Origin: the human T2T-CHM13v2.0 reference genome, Homo sapiens
Strand: one strand, 5' to 3'
Assembly: GCF_009914755.1 (NCBI RefSeq)
Contig: NC_060926.1
DNA: 64,000 bases
A program made the translations under genes and the position numbers. Below the pieces are notes generated by a model, which saw only the letters and a program-made list of their open reading frames with translations, was not told the origin of the DNA and did no database searches. Shown here piece after piece: positions 30,931-50,050 of this stretch; the first letter of the stretch is position 1, and each line of letters begins with the position of its first letter.

Positions 30931-33906
30931 GAATGGGTAGAATTTGGAAATTGATAGTCTTAAAGAAGGGCTAACATTTTTCCATACAGCTGGGAGGAAA
31001 GACATCCCAGGGGGAAGTAGGTGTACCAGGAAGCCCCACGGTGGCAGCCTGAAACAGGGTGGATTGTGTGGCGGGGCGAGGCGGTGGGGGAGAGGGACAG
31101 GGGCAACAGTGTTCCGTGGAGGAAAATTCAAAAAAAGGACAGTTGGAACCACATTATGCTGGAACTTGAATGTTGGATGATGAAATTAGAATTCTGTTCT
31201 GCAGACGGAATGAACAGTAGTTACGTTTGTCTGTGTCTCTGCTTTTGGTTTGTCTCTGGGTCAATTTAGAAAAAGTAAAAAGTGATACAGTTTAAGTTCT
31301 TTTTTTAATTACTCTTTTTTTTTTCAAACATTAGGAGATACAATAGCTGTATCAGTACTTAAAGCACTTTGATCTGCTTCTCCATCCCTCAAAAGTTTCA
31401 TCTTTTTGGCTATTTGTTTTTTCTAAAAACTATGTGATGAGCCTATATTACAGTTTCGGACTGTAAGATTCAACTTTTAAACAAATTTTGTTATTGAGCA
31501 AGACCTTTTCAGCTGGTTTGTTTTGTCCTTCCTTTACTGACCTTGTAAACTACTTAATTGCGAAATGTGGTTTGTCTCAGAGTGCCTCTTAACATTGTAT
31601 TCTTTAAAACAGGAGATTTTTCCATTGCATGGGAGACCAACAGCAACATCTTCCACACACCAAGCAGGGTTTGTCTTTCCACTTACTTAGAGACATATGG
31701 TTTTCATCAGTCACTTCTCTCTTCTTGGCAGCCAGCACGGCAAGGATTTAAATTTTATTTAGCAAATGGCCCACCCCTCTCACACCAAGCCCCTATTTGC
31801 TCTTCTCCCTCTTCCTCTGTCTCGCAGGATCCCGCCTCTATTCCCATTCCCAGAGAACATCAATCTGCCTGCCAGGCAAACTCAATCAACTGAGTTGCCT
31901 CCATCAGCCACCCCTGGCCAGCAGAGCCGGAAGCAGGAAATCAGCCCAAAGGCCTCTGGGAGTTGCAGCGGACCGAGCTGAGTCTGAAGCACCTCTAGAA
32001 GAGAGGGTTCCTGAATCTCAGCTCGTTGGCCAGCGGGAGCTAGTCTTCACTGCTGCAGGGACAGGGCTGCAGGCAAGGCCAGTTTTGGGCCTGGAGGCTG
32101 ATGACGTTTGGGATGTTCGCCCCCAGTGCTGATGCAGGGGGGCGGCCAAGCTCCAACCCCTTGCACAGGCAGCCCAACCTCTGCTCCCATCAGTTCCTAT
32201 CCTTCCTGGAGTCACTGGTAGGAAGACACAAGCCTCCCACCTTAGTCACCTTTTAGGTTAGCAGTGAAGTTTGGGAACCCTAGCCCATCTGACCACCCTT
32301 CCTCCTGAGGCTATCTGAGCCGCCTTATATGTAGACAGACAGAGGTACCTGAGTCCTGGTGAAACTGCTGGAAACTAGGTGGTAAGAGACCCCGGTTGTC
32401 CAGTATCCTTACCCACCTAATTGATTGCAAAAATGATCATTTCTACCTCCATCCCCACCATTTACCCTCGTCTGGCACCCTGCTCTCCCACTCGGACCAA
32501 TGCGCCTGCCCCTGCATGGCCCTGATTCTCCTCTGGCCTCTCTTTAGTCCATTCTGCACGAAGGCAGCACGATCTTTAAAAACAAATCAGATCATGTCAG
32601 GCCCCCACAAAAACCTCCTTGATGGCTTTCCATGGCACTTACCACAAAATACTGATACCTTGCTATGGCTTACGTGCAACTGCCTGTCTCTCCAGCCCCA
32701 TCCTGAGTGGCTCTCTGCCTCACCCACTGCACCCCAGCCACACCCCAGGGGGCCACCATCCTGGACATCCCAGGCCAGGAGTTGGTGCAGCCTTCATCCC
32801 TCCAGCTGAGGCAGCACAGCCTCTGCCCTCGCGGGCCACCTGTCTCCAGGCACCATAGTGAACTCCTACCAGAGGTAAGGTCATCCCCTTCCCAGGACTC
32901 CACTGTAGCTCTCTGGGCCTTATCGAATCCAGCCCCTCCTTTTTCAGATGACAGACAGAGGCCCAAGTAGGGAAAAGAGGTTGTCCAGCACTTGGAGTGA
33001 GCTGAGAGCAGAACTGGCCTGTGTCTCGCCTCTCAGAGCGGGCTTCTTTTTCTTCTGCAGGCTGCCTGCTCAGAAACCACGGGGCAGCCCAAGGAGCAGG
33101 CTGTAGTTTGTGCAACCCTTGAGAGACTGAATTCCAGTCTGACTACTTCCACCCTGGGCCCAGGACACAGTGCAACTCTGGATGAGGCAGGTGAACGTGT
33201 CTGGAGTGCTTCTCATGAGCCAGGTGCTCTGCTAGGTGCGGGGGACTTGCCAGGGCTAGGGACCCTGGGTCTGAATCGCACACTGGGAGACCCTCAGCCA
33301 CACAGAAGCAGGGTGGCATGGGAGACTGACCCCAGACAAGCAGCAGGGCCCTAAGATCTCCCTGGAGGAGGGAAAAGAGGGCCTTCTTATGGCTCAAGGT
33401 AGCCTGTGGCTGATACTCCAGCTTGGGAGGCAGAATGGGGACATAAGGGCTTGGGCTATTTTGAGAAGTCTCGTGTACTGGGGAGGTAGGGTGTGGCTAG
33501 GGAGGTGCTGACAAGTGCAGGATAGAGCCAGGTGGGGTAAGATTTATCCAACAAAGCAGGTGGGGCTGATGGAAGCATCTCTGGGCTATAGTTAAACTTG
33601 AGCAACAGAAAAGAAAAAGCTGCTATTTAAACAACCAGCAAAATTATTCTAGCTTCTTCTGCCTTCTAAGGGGGTGGTATAATTCATATCAAAAGGATGA
33701 TGCATTTTTTCATGCCTGTAGAGGCTGCTAGGGAAAGGAGTTATGACGGATAATTTGGTAGTGTTAAAGGAAAAAGTAATTTCAAAGCTGGTCTTTAGCG
33801 GGTTTCTAAGCAGACAGAGATGGGCCCAGATGCAGTCTGGGGTGGGGGATGGGGGCTGACTACTCCACAGGAGAGAGGAAAAGGATGCTATGGGAGTCTG
33901 GCTGTG

Positions 33907-33949
<43 letters not shown>
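33907..33949. repeat. Compound (TG)n(AG)n microsatellite
   Basis: Direct reading. Confidence 0.95.
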
Positions 33950-33955
<6 letters not shown>

Positions 33956-34199
33956 TCTGATGGAGGCTGGGCCTCAAGGAGGCAAAATGGCTCATGGGAG
34001 CGGGGAGGTGGGTAGAGGACACAGCCAAAGGAATATCAACCTTAAGGTGTTTTCTGTGCTAAAATGCAATGTAGCTCTCCCAATTACACACAGGAAAAAC
34101 ATGGTTCATATGCCTTATGCTAGAGCTACTTGGAGGAAATCAAGGAAAACAATCTATGTTTTACATTTGTCTTGATACAAGGCAGAAATGATAGCAGCT

Positions 34200-34450
34200 G
34201 AGGGAGGGAGGGAAGGAGGGAGGGAGGGAGGGAGGAAGAAAGGAAGGAAGGAGGGAAGGAAGGAAGGAGGGAAGGAAGGAAGGAGGGAAGGAAGGAAGGA
34301 AGGAAGGAAGGAAGGAGGGAAGGAAGGAAGGAGGGAAGGAAGGAAGGAGGGAAGGAAGGAAGGAGGGAAGGAAGGAAGGAGGGAAGGAAGGAAGGAAGGA
34401 AGGGGAAGGGAGCGAGGGAGGGGGGAAGGAAGGAGGGAAGGGAGGAAGAG
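34200..34450 (+). repeat. Polypurine (GGAA)/(GGAG) microsatellite
   Basis: About 250 bp almost purely purine; recurring (GGAA)3GGAG unit; longest perfect run (GGAA)7 at 34286-34313. Confidence 0.95.
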
Positions 34451-35191
34451 AGGACTGGATTTCAGTAGAAACAGGATATCAGAGTAAAAGGTCCCCAGAG
34501 TTATTGCAGGAAACCTTGTGTTTTCCTCTATTGTGGGTTGAGGGCTTGATCTATTTTCTCTTAGATGAAAAGCAAGGTGGCCCTATAAGGCCATAGGGCT
34601 TAGAACACCAAAATGGCGGACACTTGGGTTTTAGTTTTGTGCGTAACTTACCAAGTGATCAGCAAGAAGAAGAGCAGAACTTGGGGAGGTTCAGGGCAGT
34701 TGCTATGGGGCAGGAGGAGATTCATCATCTAGGAGTCTAAATCCAGGTCTGTTCTGTCAAAGGCAGGTCCTCAGGTCACCTTCACGAAGGTGATTATAGA
34801 AACCCTTGTAGGATCCGGCAGGAAATAGGCATGCTCTTCCCTGCTTCCCACACACATGTGTGCACCCACCGCCCACACCCCCTCCACCCTGGCCCCCCGC
34901 AAACCACCTCAGCTTAGATAAGGATAGGTCTGACTCTGTGTCTCCCCTGCCCCCTTCCTTTTGCTGTTTCTTAAAGCAAGAAAAGTGGCTTTGAAGCCAC
35001 TTTTAAATTATGGATCAACTCATTAGCAGCCAGTTAAGATGACTGAGTGGTTTCCTCAGTATTTCAGGGCAGCCCTGGGATCCTTTTGGCTGTAAATGAG
35101 GACACATTCCTTTCCCTACCACTTAGAAACAGGTCGCTCAAGGCGCTGACCTCAGAAATCCCCATATTCAAGAAAAGTTGCTTTGTTCTTT

Positions 35192-35327
35192 TTCTTCTTC
35201 TTTTTAAAAACAGAGACGGAGTCTCGCTATATTGCCCAGGCGGGTCTTAAACTCCTGGCCTCAAGTGATCCTCCTGCCTCAGCCTCTAAAAGTGCTGAGA
35301 TTACAGGTGTGGGCCACCATGCCTGGC
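35192..35327 (-). mobile_element. Old Alu monomer (FLAM/AluJ left arm)
   Basis: Left-arm Alu sequence only, flanked by ttgctttgttcttt (35178-35191 / 35328-35341). Confidence 0.85.
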
Positions 35328-35341
35328 TTGCTTTGTTCTTT

Positions 35342-35649
<308 letters not shown>

Positions 35650-35682
35650 TTGCTTTGTTCTTTATAGAAGTGTAGCTACTTC

Positions 35683-35850
35683 TTGGGAGGGGCACTTGAG
35701 GGATAAAAGAGTATAAATTGGGTACAATGTATACTGCTCAGGTGATGGGTGAACTAAAATCTCAGAAATCACCACTAAATAATTTATCCTTGTAACCACA
35801 AACCAATCGTACCCCAATAACTATTGAAATTAAAATTAAAATTTAAAAAA
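35683..35850 (+). mobile_element. Short 3' end of L1 (L1PB-like)
   Basis: gggtacaatgtatactgctcaggtgatggg...tgtaacc plus an A-rich tail. TSD aagtgtagctacttc (35668-35682 / 35851-35865). Confidence 0.85.
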
Positions 35851-36094
35851 AAGTGTAGCTACTTCCAATCATGCCTGGCCCTGACCAGGGTGCCCTCAAA
35901 AGGCCTCACCAACATCCAGCCCACAGGTATCAAGTTTATATCTCGATTTCTTCAGAGAAGAGTCCATCATGTACTTTACTGCAATACAAGCCTAAGAAAG
36001 CAGGGTTCCTCAGGGAACTAATGTGGGCATCTCCATCCAGAGGAGGGTGACCAGGGAGGAGGGGGATCTAGAAACCATCTCAGAAGTAAAATGA

Positions 36095-36396
<302 letters not shown>

Positions 36397-36449
36397 TGAA
36401 TTTGGGATATTGAGTCTAGGGAAGAGCCAATCGGGAAGAACATGCAATT

Positions 36450-37055
36450 ATTAGTGAGGACTCTCACTCCTAAGTGAGAAAAATCCAACCAAGTAAGTTA
36501 AGCAAGAAAAAAATGTATTGGCTTATGTAAAAGGGCAAGTCAAGTAAGCTTCAGGAATGGCTGGATCCAGTAGCTTAACATGTCCTCAGGGTTCTCTAAG
36601 TCTCTCTCTCCTTCACCTGATTGTTTCTACTTGGCATTATCTATGGCTGGATCTTGTGCCTCAAACTAAATCCCTGGGGCTCTGTCTCATGCCATCTATC
36701 AAACATTTTCTCTCCACATGGCAAGAAGCCTTCTTGGTCACCAGTAGCACTAGATTCTTATCCTATCAGCTTAGAGACCCCACCAGAATGAATTGGTTTC
36801 CTCTAGAAGCTCTTTTGGGAAAGTCCTAGGCCCAAACTTGAATCACAGCCCTGTCCCTGAAACAGTACCCATTGCCCGATCAGGCATTCCTGTTGGCCTG
36901 GCCTGGGTCATGAGCACACTCCCTGGTTTTGAGAAGACTGCAGTCAGCTCTGCCTTTCACATGAAAAAGGTTCCCCACAGGAAAGAGGGGTTCTGTTACT
37001 GCAGCAGGGGTGGAAGAGGTGCTGGGCAGATAAAAACAGCAGACGTCCACTGCAG
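36450..37055. mobile_element. Old MaLR LTR (MLT1K/L-like)
   Basis: gcttcaggaatggctggatccag ... ctgggcagataaaaacagcagacgtccactgca. Confidence 0.65.
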
Positions 37056-37413
37056 CTGTCTATAAATTCATGAGAAATCCTGGGGTGTTTCCCTGTAATG
37101 CAAGTTTGATCACACCACCATCTTGCTTAATATCCTTCAGGGGCCTACAAGGTAAGTTCAGCTTCCTTCAAATGGCATGCAAAGCTCTCCAGGCTCTGGC
37201 CCTGGCACCCTGCTCAGGTTCACCTCCAACCACTCTCTGCCCACCTGCCCCCCGGTCCCTGGCACATCCCACCCAGAGCCAGTCAGGTCTCACTCTGTCC
37301 TCCCATGTGCCAGGCTTTCTCCTAATTCTACAGCACACCCAAAGGCAAATTAAGAAAAGTTTCCTGAAATCTGAGGGGGAAAAGAAAAGTACACACCAGA
37401 GTGCAACCTATAA

Positions 37414-37780
<367 letters not shown>

Positions 37781-39239
37781 TCACAGGCCCCCTCCCCACC
37801 TCACCCATCAGCTGCCTGGAGCTGGAAGGATAAATCTCCTCCCACCACCAGGCCTATCGCAACTATCCCCTTCCTTGGAGTCCAGGTCTAAGCAACTCTC
37901 CCCACCTCCCCAGCCCCAGGAAGTGTTTTTTTACTCACATCTAAGATCTGCCTCCCAAACCCTCTTGCCTGCACCAGAATTAGCCTCTTTCTTGCATTAC
38001 TGATAATAGGGATATCAAAAAAATGATAATAAAATACTGGCTAGGATATTTCCCCAAAGCTAGGATGGGCAGGTTAAAATAGCACCTCAGTGGGACACCA
38101 ACTCCCAGGTCCAGGATGGACCGAGCAGAGCCCCGTCGGGCTCATTTGCACTTTTTCTCCAGCCTGAGCTGAAGAAGTGAGCCCTTCTCTCCCACATTCT
38201 TCTCCACCGCAGCTCCTTATCTTGTGCAAACAACTGATCCCAGAGTAACACACAACATTGCAAGGACACATCAATTTCAGGCATAAGATAGTCACATTCC
38301 AAATTAGGAGATGGTGGTGCTCTAAATAAAACAATCCTCAGAGACATAATTCAACAAATTCATTAAATGTATATTACTAAATGGTATTAACATCTCAGAC
38401 TAAGTAATCCCCTTTAGAGGCCCGTCAGTGCTTTCCCATACTCCCCAAGAATGATAGGTAGACCCTGGCTGTTTTATACTAGCCTAGCTCAAAGGATCAA
38501 CTCTAGTGGTGCATTCCAAAACAAAAGAACATCTTCCACAAAGCATTCTAGTCTCCACCTGAAAAGGCAGACACAGTTTATGTTCCTAAAATGTCATTTT
38601 TTCAATTAAAAAAAAAGAAAAACATCAATTTACTGTAAAGTAACTTTTAATTCCATAACAAAGGACAACAAGGAGAGAGAGAGAAGGTGAAGGTTTGACT
38701 TCAAGATTTTGTTGTAGGAGACCTATTAAGACATTCAATCAAAACTAAAATTTAATCCGATATGGAAGTTTCCCAAACCTGTTCCAAACAGTGAAATGTT
38801 ATATAATTGTAACGTTTTATAACATTTTATATAAAACTTCAGTTTAAAACATAGCTAAGCTCAAAAGCAAGAAAAAGAAAATTTCCAGGTACCAGAAATG
38901 AAGCAGAAACCTGTAACCACAGAGGGTCAGAAAGGGCAAACCCCCAAAAGAGTAGGAGAATAGTGAGATAACCCAATAAGAAGGCCTTAATAAGTCAAGG
39001 CACTTACAGGATTCCTGTGAAAAATAACACCTATTGAAGATGAGCTCACACACAAAAATTATAAAACAGATAGGAAAGTCCAATGCCAAGATAGATATTC
39101 TACTGACTCTGCAAATGGAATAACTAACATCAATGGAACTAGAGACTAAAAAGTGATCTGAAAAGGACCTTAAGTTTGATTAAGAGATGAAAGAGATAAA
39201 GGAGATTCCCATATAACAAGAATAGAAAATTATAAAATA

Positions 39240-40690
<1,451 letters not shown>

Positions 40691-40691
40691 T

Positions 40692-41397
<706 letters not shown>

Positions 41398-41479
41398 CCT
41401 GTCCATATACATTGCCCATTTTTCTTCTGGACTCTCTTATTACTTTATAAGAGCTTTTTATATGTTAACAATAACAACC

Positions 41480-41810
41480 TGCCAAGCGCGGTGGCTCACG
41501 CCTTTAATCCCAGCACTTTGGGAGGCTGAGGCGGGCGGATCATGAGGTCAGGAGATCGAGACCATCCTGGCTAATACGGTGAAACCCCATCTCTACTAAA
41601 AATACAAAAAAAAAAAAAATTAACCAGACGTGGTGGCACATACCTGTAATGCCAGCTACTCGGGAGGCTGAGGCAGGGGAATCACTTGAACCCAGGAGGC
41701 AGAGGTTGCCGTGAGCCGAGATCACACCACTGTGCCACTGCACTCCAGCGTGGGTGACAGGGCGAGACTCCATCTCAAAAAAAAAAAATAAAAAAAATAA
41801 ATAAATAAAT
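41480..41810 (+). mobile_element. Alu (Sc/Y-like)
   Basis: TSD aataacaacct. Confidence 0.92.
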
Positions 41811-41823
41811 AACAACCTTTGTC

Positions 41824-41955
41824 TAGGGTGATTATATAAGTTATCATCCAAAGCAACACACTTTGAGAGTGACAAATCCTAAGCCAGATGGAACACCAAG
41901 ACAACAAGTATAAACTAGAGGAGTCCTGAGAAAACTAGAATGTGTGGTTACCCTA
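41824..41955. mobile_element. MER81-like hAT-Blackjack MITE
   Basis: Terminal inverted repeats tagggtga...taccccta-like, flanked by ttgtc. Confidence 0.65.
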
Positions 41956-42019
41956 TTGTCTGTTACATTTGCGCTGAACTTTTCTCCAAGTATATTAATT
42001 ACTTCAAAACATTTTAATA

Positions 42020-45646
<3,627 letters not shown>

Positions 45647-45799
45647 TTTTGTGCCTTTCTTAAAAAGGCCTTCCCTACTCCAGGGTTATAGAAGTACATC
45701 CCTATATGTTCTTTATTTTCTTTTAATAATTGTATAGGTTTGTTTTTTATCTATGCCTCTTTAATCCATCTGAAAATTATTTGGTATGTGAGGTAGGGA

Positions 45800-46600
45800 T
45801 CTGTGGCAGATAGATACTATATGATGGCTGGCTCAAAATTCATATCAGTGCCCTTCTGGTGTTTCCTCCTGTATTGCAGAGATTCCCCTCATGCTAGGAT
45901 TCCAGATGTAATGAAGAGTCTCCTGGCTAGATGCCTTTGGGATTCATCACAGCTCCAAGCCAATGACTGAGCACAGAGAGGAAACTAGGGCATAGCCAAT
46001 TCTTCCCACCACGAGACTTCTTTATGGGCAATCTTTGCGGTGGCCAAGACTTTCCTCAGAGCTGCACCAGAGTCTGAGGCCTTTTCTGGCCAACCTTCTT
46101 CCTTCTCTCTTTCCTTTCACAGGTGTCATAACTGTGTCACAGTCAGAAGACTTTCCCTACTACTCCTGCTCTGTCCCTGCTTTACCTTGCATGGGCATTA
46201 TCACAACACATCTCTTACCCTCTTAAACTCTATCTCGATGTCTGCTTCCTAAGGGACCTAAGCAGATACAACTCACATGAAGCTTCAAGTTATTTGGAGA
46301 GAAAGGTAGCACCACCTCCATTTTATTAGCACAGATCCTGGTTAGAGGCAGTGTGGTCTCAGAACAACATCCATGGCAAAAACTTCCTACTATCTGGCAG
46401 CTTCCAGATTGTAGCAGACATCAGCTCCATCAGTGACTCAGTTCTGCACTGTGTCTTTGGAAGTTGTTCTGGTAAGCTCAACCTAAAGTCTTTTTCTTCA
46501 ATGCCTCCTACAATCCTGTCTGCTATATGTACCTTCCATAAATTCCTTTCTGATTAAAATATTTAGAATAAATTCTCTTTGCAGGAAGCAAAGCCATCAC
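45800..46600. mobile_element. Nested old LTR remnants (ERVL-type LTR ~45960-46270 within a MaLR-like LTR)
   Basis: LTR-like ends gtctgcttcctaagggacctaagcagataca and ataaattcctttctgattaaa; subfamily uncertain. Confidence 0.5.
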
Positions 46601-47567
46601 CAATATATTATCTAAGTTAATTTTTTCCCAAGTGGGAAATCTATTATTGTCCCCAAACCATTGCTCCCAAACCATTTTTGAATAGCCAGTCCTTTTGTAC
46701 TGGTTTAAAAATGCCCCTTTAGCATACACTACATTTCCATGTATCTGTTTCTTTACTGTCCCATTGATTGAATTATACCAACATCACTCTGCATTCATCA
46801 CTTTACAGTAAATATTTGTATGTGGAAGGGCTGTTTCTTCTTCATTGTTCTTGCTGTGTCAAAATTTGTTTGGCTATTCTTGTGCATTTTTTTCTTCTAA
46901 GATGACTTTTAGAATTAGCTTGTAAAGTTACATTTTTAGAACTCTTGTTAAGTTTTTATTGGGATTTTACTGAATTTATAGATTAATTTTAGGAGAATTT
47001 ATGTCTCTACAATATTGGATCATGCCCAAGGCCCATTTGTATTGGGGACTGGCTAGATGGCTTAGGAATAGGCCTGAAGCTTGAAGGCACACAGACTGGT
47101 GAGCAGTCAGTTCCAACGCAATCAGATTATTGCCTCAGTACCCAGCGCAGAAGTTCCAGAGAGAGCCCCCAGGATGTCCTGGGAGAGTCCAGAAAGTCTT
47201 CACAGACATAGAGGCAGCATTTGAGCTGAGACTTGAAGGATGACTAAGATTTTTCTAGGGAGAACAGTGCAAGTGTGTATCCCAGGAAGAGACAGCATGA
47301 GAAAAGGTACCGTGGCATGGGAAGACCTGGAGTGTTTAGGAAACCACAAGTTGTTGTGGATCACTCAGGCATGCAGTGGCAAGGGAGTAGGGTGAGGTGG
47401 TGCCAAAACAGTGATTGATTTGGCCAGAAGGGTAGTCATTTGACGGCCAACGTGTGTGCCAGGCACTATCTTAAGCACTAACTTATTGAACATGTACAAC
47501 ATCCCAGTTACAAAGCTACTGTCATGATTCCTATGTTAGAGTGGGACGATATAAAGAGAAATCAGCT

Positions 47568-47832
47568 GGCCGTGGTAATCCCAGCACTTTGGGAGGCCAA
47601 GGCAGGAGGACTGCTTGAGCCCAGGTGCTTGAGACCAGCCTGGGGAACATAGTGAGACCCCTCTACAGTTTTTTTTCTTAATTAGCTGGGTGTGGTGGTG
47701 CACACCTGTAGTCCCAGCTACTTGGGAGGCTGAGGTGGCAGAATCACTTGAGCCCAGGAGGTCGAGGCTATGGTGAGCCATGATTGTGCCACTGTAGTCC
47801 AGCCTGGGGGACAGAGCAAGACACTGTCTAAA
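47568..47832 (+). mobile_element. AluJ within a MIR
   Basis: Alu body with a 5' deletion; MIR on both sides. Confidence 0.85.
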
Positions 47833-47978
47833 AGAGAGAGAGAAGTTAAGAGACCGTCTCAAAGCCATGTGGCTAGAAAGTAATGGAAGTAAGACTCAAG
47901 CCCAGGGATGTGGGCCCCAGGGGCCATCCATCTTCTTATCTCTACACTGTCTGAAGAGCCTCATAGGCTGAACCACAG

Positions 47979-48039
47979 AGCCCCGGCCCATCAATCCCAG
48001 TGCTCTGTTGCCCACAGATGCACAAGGATGAGCCTGTAG
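47979..48039 (+). repeat. Local direct duplication of 50086-50146
   Basis: 57/61 identical. Confidence 0.9.
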
Positions 48040-49287
48040 AGTCTGACGATACCCTACAAACAAGATTTGCTAAGCCAGGAAAGGAGAGACATGGCAATTC
48101 CTCCTGTAAGAGGCTCATTTAAGCAGCAGCCTCAGGAGAGATGATGTCTGGGGAGACACGTGATACTTGAACCAAGGCAGCTGCCAGGGAATAGAGAGGA
48201 AAGGCTGGAAAAGAGGCTATCAGTACTCAAACCTCAGACTCAGACTCCAAATCAAATCTGCTTTTCATACCACACTGTCACTCATTCATTCATTCAGCAC
48301 TTACTAAGCCCTTACTGGGTACCAGGCTGGGTGCTGGCTGCCAGGATACATCCTGCTTCTGCCCTAAGGCTAGACCCAGAGCTTAAAAAGGTGACTGATC
48401 AGAGCTATCCCAACCACACCACATGACAAGAAGGCCCAGGATGTGGCCGACTCCCCTGGCTGCCCACAACACCCCACCACAGCCTTCCCTGTCCACGTGG
48501 GTCTCGAACTCTCTGTCCCCTCCTAGTATAGAATGCCTGTCTCCTTTCTTCTCTCTTTCCCTTCTTCCCTTCCTCTCTCCCTCCATCCCTCCCTCCCTCC
48601 CTTCCTTTTATTCATTCAACAAACATTCACAGATTGCTGGCCTTCTGCCAGACTCCAGCTAGATGCTAGGGAAGCAAAGATGCAAGACAAAGCCTTATCT
48701 GAAATGATTACAGGAAAGAGAAACAGAAATAGCCATGGGGAATCTGTCTGGGAACGATAGGGGCGCAAAGGGTCTCAAAGGGTACTGTGGTGGTCAATTC
48801 AGAGTTGGTGGGGGCAGGGGAGCATATTTTTGCAAAAGAAGCAGCTTCAGCATCACTGAGGAGGTGTGAAAAAGCCTGGAATGTTCTGGAAACTGCAAAC
48901 ATGGGGTTGGGTTTTAAAGGCTAAGCTTTGGTCTGGAGGCACACAGGCAGAGTTTGGCATTCTGGCTATGCCACGTACAACCTGTGTAGCCCATGTGAGT
49001 TATTTAACTTCTTTGAAACTATTTCTTCATTTGTAAAGTGGGGATAATAATTTTCATTTCACAGGGTCATTGTGAGAATTAATTGAGAATATTTATCCCA
49101 CAAAATATCTTTTGGACACCTCCTATACGCCAGACACGGCTCCAGCCTGGGAGTGCACAGTTAAACAAAATAGATCAAGTCCCTGCCCCCATGGGGCTCA
49201 TATTCTAGTGGAGGGAGACAGACAGTGAACAAATGAAAGTATAGCATCATGTCAAGTAGTGGTAAGTGATTGCAAAACAGTAAAGTG

Positions 49288-49608
49288 GGTGTCTCAGGTT
49301 GGGCTCCCCAGGAGCAGCCCCTGAGATGAGGATTTGCTAAGGAAGTGCTCACAGGGGCCGCTGGTAAGGGACTGGGGAGGAAGGGCAGGGGGAGTGAGGA
49401 GGCCCACTAGGCATTCGGCCTGAAGTCGAGCCCCAAGAGGAGGCTTCAGCCTGATCTCACAGGAAACACTGGCATGGTCCCAGCCTTCCACACCCCCACA
49501 TCCTTAGTCACTGGTTAGAGGGCACCCAGGGATGTAAATTTCCAGGCTGTTCTGGTGCCTGCAGGGAAAGCAGGCTCCAGTAGCCCAAGGATGGGTCTCT
49601 AGAGAAGG
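49288..49608 (-). mobile_element. ERVL LTR (LTR33/LTR41-like)
   Basis: tgtctcaggttgggctccccaggagcagcccctgagatgaggattt... Confidence 0.55.
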
Positions 49609-50050
49609 TGGGAGAAGGGAAGGAAGGAGGAAGGAAGAAAGGAGGGAAGGAGGGAGAGAGGGAGAGAGGAAGGGAGGGAGGGAAGGAAGGAAGGAAGGAA
49701 GGAAGGAAGGAAGGAAGGAAGGAAGGAGCTAGAAGCTTCTTCCTAGAAGCTCAGTAGCCCTTGCTCTTGTCTCTGCTGAGGGTAACGGGGGGCTGCCTGT
49801 GCTCACGGGGAGAGGCTGAACTTTTAAATCAGAAGGCGCAGGTTTGAAGCCTGGTTCCCTTGCTTCCTGGCTGTGAGAGCCTTGGACGCACCACTTAGCC
49901 ACTCCTAACCTGAGGGAGGGAGGGAAGGAGGGAGGAAGGAAGGAAGGAAGGAAGGAAAAGGAAAGGAAGGAAGGAGGGAAGGGAGGAGGGAAGGAAGGAG
50001 AGAAGAAGGGAAGGCAGGGGAGGGAGGGAGGGAGAGAGGGAGAGAGGAAG
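49609..50050 (+). repeat. GGAA/GGGA microsatellite split by a duplicated 174-bp segment
   Basis: Purine tracts at 49609-49728 (perfect (GGAA)11 at 49681-49724) and 49912-50050. Confidence 0.92.
49742..49915 (+). repeat. Local direct duplication of 51242-51413
   Basis: About 90% identity by manual alignment, one 2-bp indel. Confidence 0.92.

Noticed and set aside
34188-34487. EGRK-repeat ORF
   Set aside because: Translation of the GGAA microsatellite.
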